This document shows positions 53,760 through 64,000 of a DNA stretch of 64,000 nucleotides, piece after piece. Origin of the DNA: Octopus sinensis (lineage: Eukaryota); NCBI RefSeq assembly GCF_006345805.1, contig NC_042999.1, forward strand, positions 79,236,001-79,300,000. The letters run 5' to 3'. A program made the translations under genes and the position numbers. Under the pieces are notes generated by a model. It did no database searches, was not told the DNA's origin, and saw only the letters and a list, made by a program, of their open reading frames with translations. Numbering within the stretch: the first letter of the stretch is position 1; each line of letters begins with the position of its first letter.

Positions 53760-55790
53760 ATCATCATCATCTTGATCATCACGACTACCGTTATCGTCGA
53801 CGCTGCTGACACTAGCTCTATCACAACATCTCGCCCTTTCCACAATCACCCTCCCTCCCCCTCCCACCCATCACCACCAGCGTTCGCACCCCCATCATTA
53901 AGCATTATAACTAACAACCCGCATCACCACATCGCGATACAAATAGTACCACCATCCCACACATACACGTTACCTCTGTCACCAGCTTCCTCACCCTCAG
54001 CGTCTAGCATTGCCGCTGCCACCAGGTCTGTCACAACACTTATAAACTCATCGCGTTCCCAACCACGCCCTTTCCACTAACATCTTCTTTCAGCATCATC
54101 ATTATCATTATCAGTAGCACTATAACTAGCTACCCTCATTATCAGAAGAAACATCACCATCATTATCATCAGCAATATAACCAACTGCCGTCACCATCAT
54201 CCTCACCACCACCAACATCACCGTTGTGAACAATCTAACCAGCTACCCCCATCGTCACCATCACTATTGCAAATGGGAGAACCTCTTTGTGATCTCTTAA
54301 ACGTGATAGAAATAATAGTCAAATCTCCGTCAATTTACATCATGTACTTAAAGGGTGCGTCGAATAATGTGACTTTGTGTTCCATACAATGAGGAATAAA
54401 TCGGGATGCTCATGAATGAAATGTACTTGATGATAAGTTTCATTGATGAGGTTGACCTAGGGTTAAACGACGATAACACGAAAAACCATCACCTTCGCTA
54501 TCATTAATAATAGAACCAATTGCTTGGAAAATTACCATCATCATTATCATCGTTGATATCAATAATATCGCCGCCTACCACCACCAGACCAAAGCAATCA
54601 CCATTGTCATGCCACGTTGAAACCATCATCATCTATTACTACTATCGTTATGTCACCACTACTACTCGCAAAACCACCACCACCACCACCACCACTAACG
54701 TTATCACCACCAGCACCATCACCAACACTACCATCACCATCACCACCTCCAACAATATTATCATCAACCACCACTACCACCACCACAACCACCACCAACA
54801 CCACTACCACCAACATCACCACCAACGCCATTAACCACCATCAACCACCAACGTCAACACCAAAACCATCAACTACCACCACCACCACCACCACCACCAC
54901 TACCACCACCACCAACAACAACAACAACGCCACCACCACCACCACCACCACCTGTAAGTACTGCCGTAGACACCTCATTACCATCCTGTATCTTTAGCAT
55001 CAGTTATAAGCACTCATCCTTATTACCATCTCTAACAGCACCACAACCGCACCACCACCATTCTTATCACTACAATCATAACCGCACATCCTTTATCACC
55101 ATCATCATAATCATCATCATCATCATTTGCAATTCAACTGTCACCGACACTAAACTTTCAATATCATCTCCTCCAAGACGCCATGAACACTGCTGAAGTA
55201 AGTCTAATGTGATCGCCTGATCTGCTAGAAATAACAGCCAAATATCATACGGCAAATCGCGGGAAGTACTTATTAGAAACACTATCTCCGAGTAGAAGAT
55301 GCGATGGACATGGCCAGAATGCTTTACAGGGGAGGTTTACTTATTGAGCACTGACTTGCGGTTAAATGACGACGACGACGACGACTACATCAACAACAAC
55401 AACAACAACAACTACTACTACTACTACTACCAAACCGCCACCGCCGCCGCCGCTACCTATACCACCACTGCTGCTACTATCACAAAATCATCCCCATCAT
55501 GCAAATTATCACCATCACCACCACCACCAACACCACCAAACGCATCATCATCAAAAATCGCCATCATTATCGCAACTCAATAATGCCATCAAAATTAATC
55601 TTCGTTGCGTTTATCATTGTTACCATCGTCGTTATTATTATCACTTAAATCAAAATCTTACTCTTACTCTTCCTCCTCGTCATCGTCATCATCATCATCA
55701 TAAGCAGCAGCAGCGCCACCACCACCACCACCACAACCGACGTGCTAGCCATCGTCCTTGTGTATTATGGTGTCCTTATCATCGGTTGTA
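53630..55790. repeat. Long NCA/NCC trinucleotide mosaic (CAT, CAC, CGT, ACC)
   Basis: Direct inspection. A similar tract lies at 57710-58250. Confidence 0.85.
55195..55375 (+). mobile_element. SINE-like family E fragment
   Basis: gatcgcctgatctgctagaaataacagccaaat...gcggttaaatgacgacgac. Confidence 0.5.
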
Positions 55791-56097
55791 ATTTATCTTG
55801 CACCATAAATCTAAAAATATGTTTTGAGTGTAAATGTGAATGCGCGTGCATGTGTTTGTGCGTGTTTGCATGTTGCCGAGTAGTCTGAGTCGCAGTCAAA
55901 AATACGTTGCTTGATTTAGTTTCGTACGATAGAGTCAGATTTAAGACTCTACCGATGGCATCATTGCTTATGATTAGGACATCGTTAAAGTAAAGTACGA
56001 AACAGAAGTACGTTTTTCCCTCTCGTTAGTAATTACGATCACGTGTGTGCGAGTGCACCAGCGTGTGCGTGTGTGTGTAAGTGTAGAATATGTATAT

Positions 56098-56493
56098 ATT
56101 CTTTTCTACTCTAGGCACAAGGTCCGAAATTTTTAGGGGACAGTCGATTAGATCGATCCCAGTACGCAAATAGTACTTAATTTATCGATCTCGAAAGGAT
56201 GAAAGGCAAAGTCAACCTCGGCGGAATTTGAACTCAGAATGTAAAGGTAGACGAAATAGCTATTTCTTTACTACCCATAAGGGGCTAAACATAGAGAGGA
56301 CAAACAAGGACAGACAAACGGATTAAGTCGATTATATCGACCCCAGTGCGTAATTGGTAGTTATTTAATCGACCTCGAAAGGATGAAAGGCAAAGTCGAC
56401 CTCGGCGGAATTTGAACTCAGAACGTAAAGGCAGACGAAATACCGTTAAGCATTTCGCCCGGCGTGCTAACGTTTCTGCCAGCTCACCGCCTT
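56098..56493 (-). mobile_element. Dimeric SINE A
   Basis: Two central domains plus linker (56261-56323), head ccagctcaccgcctt. Confidence 0.93.
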
Positions 56494-56507
56494 CAACCGG
56501 TATGTAT

Positions 56508-56952
56508 ATTCTTTCCTATTCTAGGTACAAAGCCCGAAATTTTGGGGAGGGAACCAGTCGATTAGATCGATTCCAGTACGCAACTAGTACTTAATTATCG
56601 ATTCTGAAAGGATGAATGGCAAAGTCGACCTCGGCGGAATTTGAACTCAGAGCGTAAAATCAGACGAAATAGATATTTCTTTACTACCCACAAGGAGCTA
56701 AACACAGAGAGGACAAACAAGGACAGACAAACGCATTAAGTCGATTATATCGACTCAAGTGCGTAACTGGTACTTAATTTATCGACCCCGAAAGGATGAA
56801 AGGCAAAGACAACCTCGGCGGAATTTGAACTCAGAACGTAGCGGCAGACGAAATATCTATTTCTTTACTACCGACAAGGGGTTAAACGGCAGACGAAATA
56901 CCGCTAAGCATTCCGCCCAGCGTGCTAACGTTTCTGTCAGCACACCGCCTTC
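56508..56952 (-). mobile_element. Dimeric SINE A with an extra partial linker
   Basis: Linker at 56674-56735 plus a second partial linker at 56858-56886. Confidence 0.92.
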
Positions 56953-57086
56953 AACCAGTATATATATATTAATGGCAAACTGTGCCATGTCCAAATGAGA
57001 AGCGAAGGCGATCTCAAGAATGAAGTATTTCTCCAAAATTGATGTCATTGGTGAAAAAGCTGTCTGACATTCTGATATATAGGACA

Positions 57087-57420
57087 TTGGCATAGTCGAG
57101 TGGTTAAACTCGTTTCACACTCACAATATCACTGTGGTTCAATCCCACAGTGTGGCAACTTTGACATTTTAGGCAAGTGTCTTCTACCTTAGACTTGGTC
57201 CAGCTGTGCTCAGTGAGTGAAATCGGTTAAACGGAAACTGTACGGAAGTTCGTCGAATGGACTGGACATTTAATTCAAATGATCACCCTTGATTCACATA
57301 CACCGTGTCACGCTGATTCTGCTCGAGGTCTACAGTATACTCAACCGCTTTTACGTTAAGTCAATGACTTGATAGTTCTACTGATTTAACAACTGAATAT
57401 TCATCGCCTAAGTAAATTCA
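57087..57420 (+). mobile_element. Old SINE with B-like head and a different 3' part
   Basis: ggcatagtcgagtggttaa...ggttcaatccc...ggcaagtgtcttctac...aacggaaactg. Confidence 0.6.
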
Positions 57421-59340
57421 TTAAAGTTATGCTTTTTATGGACGTATATTATATCCGTTTGTTTAGAGTGTATATAATTATGTGCGTGTGTATATGTGCG
57501 CGTGTATATGTGTGTGTATGTATGTTTGTGTGAATGTATGCTTTTGTGTGTGTGTGTATGTGTGCTTGTGTGTAAAAATGCGTTCTAGATAAATAAGATG
57601 ACGTGTGAGATCATTGAAGATAATCTCGGCTGTTATATTACAGTTGATTCATTGAAACGCAATCAAGTCAAACCTTTAAACAGGTTACAGTTCTTTTTGA
57701 TCACCCGCCAGCACCATCCCATAACCACCACCACCAGCACCAGCACCAGCACCACACCACCACCACTACCACCACCATCATCATCATCATCGCAGTCACC
57801 ACCGCCACAACTACCACCACCACCACCACCACCACTACAATCACCACGGTCATTACACCTACCATCTTGACTTCCACCACCACCGTCTTGAAATACCACC
57901 ACGACTATTACCATCAAAACATCTCCCGCAACCACCTTCCCCTTTATTCCCATTGACATCACCAACACCACTATTATTCGCACCACCACCACCACCACTG
58001 CCACCACCACCACCATCTTCACTATCATCATCACTGCCATTTACCATTATGCGACTATCATCATCTTCATAAGAATCTTCACCATCATCTTCAATGTTCA
58101 CCACTGCTATCGTTATTGTATTACCACAACCAACCCTACCAGCACCACCTCCTCCAGTCCCGACCCATCATTACTACCCTCCTCCGCCTCGTTATCATTA
58201 TCATCAACATCAAAATCCACCCCCAAATCCACCCATCCACCGGCCATCTTTTCTTCATCCAATAAACGCAACCCACCTATCTTACACACATTTAGACATA
58301 CACACACTCACAGACACAGACACAGACACATACATGCAACCATATATATATATGTATATATATATGTTTGAGTGTGTGTGTATGTATGTATATATAAATA
58401 TATACATACATACATATACACATATATATACACACATATAATATACATACATATACACATATATATGTATATATATATATATATATTATATATATGTACA
58501 TATACATATACTCATATATATGTATATATATTATATATATACATAGGTATGTACGTATGTATGTGCATGTGTATACCGATGCGTTTTAGCGTATGTGTAT
58601 ATACGTGCGTGTATGTATATTTATGTGTTTATGTATATGTATATGTGTGCATACATACAAATAAATACACACACACACATACACGGATGCGCATACACAA
58701 AAGCATGAAGCACGTGTATGCAAGCAGAGTTACCACACATGAAAGCTCATCTCTCGATGCTATCTTGGTTTTTCTCATTTTCGAGGAATTAATCAACTTC
58801 TTCCCCCACCTTCTTCTACGAAACTTCTCTGATAAACGGAACTGAGGCTCTAAGACAAAACAACAACAACAACACTATCATCATTCTCATCAACTTCATC
58901 ATCCTCGCCTCTACCATGATTAATACAAAACTACCACCATCAACATCACCATCACCATCACCACAACCACTTTTATTATCATCATCGTCTCCGCTATCAT
59001 TATGACGACGGTGATGGCGATGATGAAAAGATGCCGACGACGATCACTACAAAGCGGATGACGACGACGTTGGTGAAGAAGATGGCGTCGGCGATGAAAA
59101 CATTGCTGATGTCGAAGAGGACGGTGGCGGCGACCTCGACGGCAATGCTGCTGCTACTGACGGTGATGATGAAAAGAACCTGTTTTATTTGTTTATTTAT
59201 TTATTTATTTATTTGATGCGATTAGATTAGAGAGGGGATGCAGGGAGAGAAATATTCTTCGTGTTGGTAGTCATGTATCTATTATTGATAGACTCAGCAA
59301 TCCTGGACATTTTTTTCTTTCATTGCATGCCCAGATTTTA

Positions 59341-60245
59341 CGGGGGAGGTGGAGGGTACCCAAAAGAAACCAGAATTTTACAATAATATTTTATTCACTC
59401 AGGTTTACATGCTTACGCTTTTATCACCTTCAAAGTATTCTAATGCATCGGTCCAGACGCGTTTTCCACTGCTTGAAGCAGTGCTTGGAACTCTTGCGAA
59501 GTGATGCCTTTTAACGCCTCCGTGGTTTGTTTTTCTTCAGCTCTTCCATATCTACAAATTCTGCAGCACCAGCTTTCGCCATCAGTAATGATCTTCGGAA
59601 AAGGGTCCGGATCAGTTTCCAACTGTTCTTTCAGTTCTCGACACGCATTCATTCATGACTGGATTTAGACTTCCGTGAACAAGCGAGGCACATATTTTGT
59701 CGCAACTCTTTTCATTCGAATTTTTGACGCAAAATTCTTTGGCAGGAGCTCCAGGACACACCAGTCATATCAACAAGCTAGTCAATTGTTCGGTGACGGT
59801 CCTCCGAGATCAGTTCATGTATTTTCATGATGTTTTCATTCGTTTGGGAGATCGACGGTCGACCTCAACGAGGTTGGTCTTCAAGCGAAAAGTGACCATT
59901 CTTAAAGCGTGGAAACAACTCGTAAACTTGTGTTTTGTTCATGGCAGCGTCCTTGTAAACACTTTGAAGCCTGGCAACTGTTTCGGCCACCGTTTTCCCC
60001 AGCAGAAAACAGAATTTCACTGAAGCACGCTGTTCCTTCGGTTCAGCCATCGCAAAAATCGATGAACAGGGAAGAAGCACCGTAAAATAAAGACGAACCA
60101 TGTGGCTACACGATTAAACTCGACGACGCCGGTAGGCAGACTGATGCCTGAGAGTCGCATCCAGTGGCTTCTAGTGGCAGAAGCCTGAACTACCACGGGT
60201 TTGGTCCACTGAGAACGTTTCCGGTTACTTTTGGGTTCCTCCTCG
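59341..60245 (-). mobile_element. Mariner (Tc1/mariner) transposon, internally deleted pseudogene
   Basis: MAEPKEQRASVKFCFLLGKTVAET..(HTH), KYVPR (WVPHEL-like), IITDGESWC (first catalytic D), TEALKGIT..EF, YFEGD. TIRs cgaggaggaacccaaaagtaaccggaaa (right) and an imperfect left copy. TA flanks at 59339-59340 and 60246-60247. Confidence 0.9.
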
Positions 60246-60516
60246 TATATAGCAGGACAATGAAAATGCACCCCTTGAATGTTAATGTACGAAATCCACC
60301 CTCTACTGTGGTCATGTAATCTGCAAGAAACTGTAGCTAAATTTTTCATACGATACCATATTTTAAAATACAGGTTGCCACAATGGCAATTACTTCCTCC
60401 ATAGGGTCCTATAATTTGTATCCGTAATTATACATTTCAGTTTCTAGAGGGCTTAATTTCCGTATAAGAAGGTTTGGGCTTGTACGTAGCCCGGGACCTG
60501 GTGGAGGACACAATAT

Positions 60517-60735
60517 GTATAATGGTTTCAAATTTTGGCACAGGACCAGAAGTGTTTTGTGGGGAGGGGCAGTAAGTTACACTGACTCCAGTACTTGATT
60601 TACTTATTCTATCGATCATGAGGGATGGATGGGAAAGTAAACCTCGGTGGAATTTGAACTCACAACGTAAAGATAGACGAAATGCCGCTTAGAGTTTTGC
60701 CCAGCGTGCTAACGATTCTGCTGGCTCGCCGCCTT
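60517..60735 (-). mobile_element. SINE A monomer
   Basis: ggtttcaaattttggcacagg...aatttgaactcacaacg...ctggctcgccgcctt. Confidence 0.88.
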
Positions 60736-60893
60736 CAACTCGCCACATATTGAAAAGTATTAGTATACGACGATTAACTACTTGTTTGTAGGTACAAGTT
60801 CGCTCGTGGCAGCTGGTTATGTTTCTGCGTGGATCAGGATGATTCTACATTGTCTGAATTCACACTAGCAAAAGATTATATATATAATATATA

Positions 60894-60940
<47 letters not shown>

Positions 60941-60957
60941 TATATATATATATATAT

Positions 60958-61033
<76 letters not shown>

Positions 61034-61035
<2 letters not shown>

Positions 61036-61320
61036 TTCTTTATTGGCCATGCAGGGCTGAAGACAGAAGGGACAAAATACAAAGTAGAGCTTTTCTTTTT
61101 GGGAAGAAGAGGAGGTAAATAAAATAGGTCGACTTCCGATCAAAAGGGATCGTGAAAAAAAAAAGAAAGTGGGGACGATTAATAGGGATTGTGTATCACA
61201 GAAATGTCAATGTGAAAAGGGAAAACAGATTAGGTTTGTTTGTGGATAGAAAAGCCTACGGAAAATACCACGGGTACCTTGGGCAATAGTGTCATGCAAA
61301 AAGAAAACACGTTACAATAA
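61034..61320 (-). mobile_element. Family G LINE-like 3' end with (TATC)n tail
   Basis: Reverse complement ends agccctgcatggccaataaagaaat-(CTAT)n. Homologous to 24065-24224. Confidence 0.75.
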
Positions 61321-61811
61321 GTGACTCTCTTTTTTCCTTCGTGTTTTTTTTAGATACCCACTCATATTAAGCTACATGTAGCAACATACACGCACACATA
61401 GACACACACACACATGTATGTATAAGTTTAGATCAGAGGAACTATCTGGAGGAATTTAAAATACCTTACATGCTGGCCTCCTAACCTAGTGTAGTGCATT
61501 CATTTCTCATCCTTTTTCGCACAAAGAAGAAAGCAAAGTAGTTGAACTTAAGTTCATTTTCCCATGGGACCGGTTGGACATTATTAAACATTGATATATA
61601 CGTTAATAATCATTCCCTCTAATAGTACTTAAATCCTGGTAATTGATAGCGCTGATAATAATCCTTAATTACTGATACTTAATATTTACTGTTAATGCTG
61701 ATAGCTTAATAATTACTGAATATGATTGTATACTAATTCCTCAAACATTTTCGTTAAGCCATGGAATGCTACTTGTAATGTTATTTATACATGTTAGTAA
61801 GTATATTAATG

Positions 61812-61911
61812 NNNNNNNNNNNNNNNNNNNNNNNNNNNNNNNNNNNNNNNNNNNNNNNNNNNNNNNNNNNNNNNNNNNNNNNNNNNNNNNNNNNNNNNNN
61901 NNNNNNNNNNN
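61812..61911. other. Assembly gap (100 N)
   Basis: N run, followed on the right by (TACA)n. Confidence 1.
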
Positions 61912-62368
61912 TACATACATACATACATACATACAAGTTACAGCTCGGCAAGAACTTGTTCTAGAGTTTGGGAGTCAAGTTCTTGGCGTTTCGAGAATAC
62001 TTACACGACATCGCCATAGCACAATCAACAGCAACAAGAACAACAATAACAATAACGATCTAGATTAATATTAGTATAAGTATGGAATGTCTCTATCTAC
62101 AGATCGTATCCCTACCTAGTAATATATGCATGGTGTGTGTGTGTGTGTGCTCGTGTATATGCGTTCATGCTTATATATTAACGTATGTGTTTACTGCTTG
62201 CTAACGAGAAAGCATAATAAATATTTCGCACCGACGGGAATAATTAAAATAACAACACGAGGAAATATTTGGAGGATGGGGGCGGGGGCGGGGTAACATG
62301 TGAAAATGTAAATACAATTTCCAATAAAGGATCAACAATGTTCCTAATAATAAAAAATAATGATGAAG

Positions 62369-62369
<1 letters not shown>

Positions 62370-62445
<76 letters not shown>

Positions 62446-62447
62446 CA
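62370..62447. repeat. (AAT)n microsatellite
   Basis: Direct inspection. Confidence 0.95.
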
Positions 62448-62603
62448 TAATAGTTACAACAACAGCAACAACAGTAACAAACCCAGTATTAATTTTAATA
62501 AGTATAACGTCCACGAAAATAACTTCTGTATGCGTGCATACATATTATATGTATATATATATTATCTATGTATGTGTGTGTACATATACATATTCATATG
62601 TAA

Positions 62604-62640
<37 letters not shown>

Positions 62641-62651
62641 TATATATATAG

Positions 62652-62701
<50 letters not shown>

Positions 62702-63402
62702 TATGTAATATACATATATGCATGTGCATGCATACATATATACACATTTTTGAATTTTGTTCGGCTTAAAAATTAATTGCTTACTTTTTGCCTAAAATTA
62801 ATTGGGCTTTCATATCTGATGAGTTTCCAAAATTTGCTAGCGCTCACCAACGCACCAAACATATCTATCCATTTCTAGAATTGTCTCCCCGCTGCAACCC
62901 ACCAATTTGTAATTTCTGAACGTCAAAATTACAATGTGATAGAAGCCAAAGAAAAAGAGATATATAAATAAAACTATATTTTTAAATTGAAATTAAAAAG
63001 AAGGAAAAAAAAACCCATAATAATAATTATAATAATAATAATAATAATAATGATAATAATAATAATGATAATAATAATAATATCCATAATGAATCTTGTG
63101 AAAAATTGGAAATGGAAAATTGAAAAATTAACAAAATTAAAATTAGAATGAAAAAAAAAAAATTAGTTACTTAACTAATCTAATTCTTTTGTAATTGAAA
63201 TAGCAAAATATTCTTAAAGGTGCGAGATTTTGGTAATTATTTGAAGTTTTTCACACATGCACATTTGTATACATGTATATATGTGTAGCTATGTGTATAT
63301 GCATGTATTTATAAAGACAGATAGGTAGGGAGATGAGCAATGCTTAATCTATCTCGCTATCTATCTAAATGTACACACACAGACATATACACACGCGCAC
63401 GC

Positions 63403-63438
<36 letters not shown>

Positions 63439-63749
63439 AACACACGTGTATATATCGAGAGAAAGAGAAAGAAAAATAGAATGAAACAGTTAAAAGTGAA
63501 AAACATGCAGAGTGAGTGCAAAAGAAACGAGTGAAAGGTGAAAAGTAGAGTCCTTTCTCGTCTCTAAAGGGTTCTATATATAATATATGATTTTTGCAAA
63601 GAAAATATGAAAACTTTTGGAGGCTTTTCATAAAATCGCAAAACTTCACACAAGGAAGAAAGCTTTGAATCAGAAATTAGCGCACACACAGTCGTACGTA
63701 CTGCATCATAACTGGCCTGAAGATCCTGGGCTGTGACAGGTGATATATA

Positions 63750-63791
<42 letters not shown>

Positions 63792-64000
63792 ACTTATCAA
63801 AACTAAAATACACTCTACATTATACAGCTTTATCAGTGCAGACACAACTTGGTGCTTTTTGCATTTTATGTATTATTATTATTCATTTCAGATTGTAGTA
63901 TATTAATTGTTTATAGCAATTATCCATGCTGTAGCAACGACCATGAAAATCAGAAGCGAGAGAGTTGTTTGATTTTAAAAGAGGGTATATTGTGGGTCAC

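Overview
Eukaryotic, AT-rich, repeat-saturated DNA with no recognisable host protein-coding exon, rRNA, true tRNA or CRISPR array. It is probably intergenic or a large intron. The very high density of (TA)n, (CA)n, (TATC)n, (TATG)n, (AAT)n and NCA-type trinucleotide repeats, plus the SINE families present, fits an octopod (Octopus) genome; that is my pattern recall, not a database result. Nearly all ORFs in the supplied track are microsatellite translations. The real coding remnants are all decayed transposons: a CR1/L2-group LINE 3' end (3.8-4.3 kb), two RTE pieces (21.8-22.8 kb; 47.8-48.1 kb with a perfect 11-bp TSD), two R4/Dong RLE-LINE fragments (35.2-35.9 kb; 38.0-39.7 kb), a 425-bp mini-hAT with TIRs and 8-bp TSD, and an internally deleted mariner (59.3-60.2 kb). 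There are also MITEs, a Penelope-like remnant with a degenerate hammerhead ribozyme core, and several tRNA-derived SINE families (my labels A, B, C, E, F). I found no convincing new gene system. The most interesting signals concern TE mechanics: (1) insertions flanked by long 20-72 bp duplications with junction microhomology; (2) a 3' tail shared between a (TATC)n-tailed LINE-like end and the internal linker of the dimeric SINE A; (3) elements embedded in (AAT)n and (TATC)n arrays; (4) recurrent head-to-tail SINE A pairs; (5) a SINE that carries its own microsatellite seed. A 100-N scaffold gap lies at 61812-61911. Coordinates were counted by hand and boundaries of old elements are approximate.
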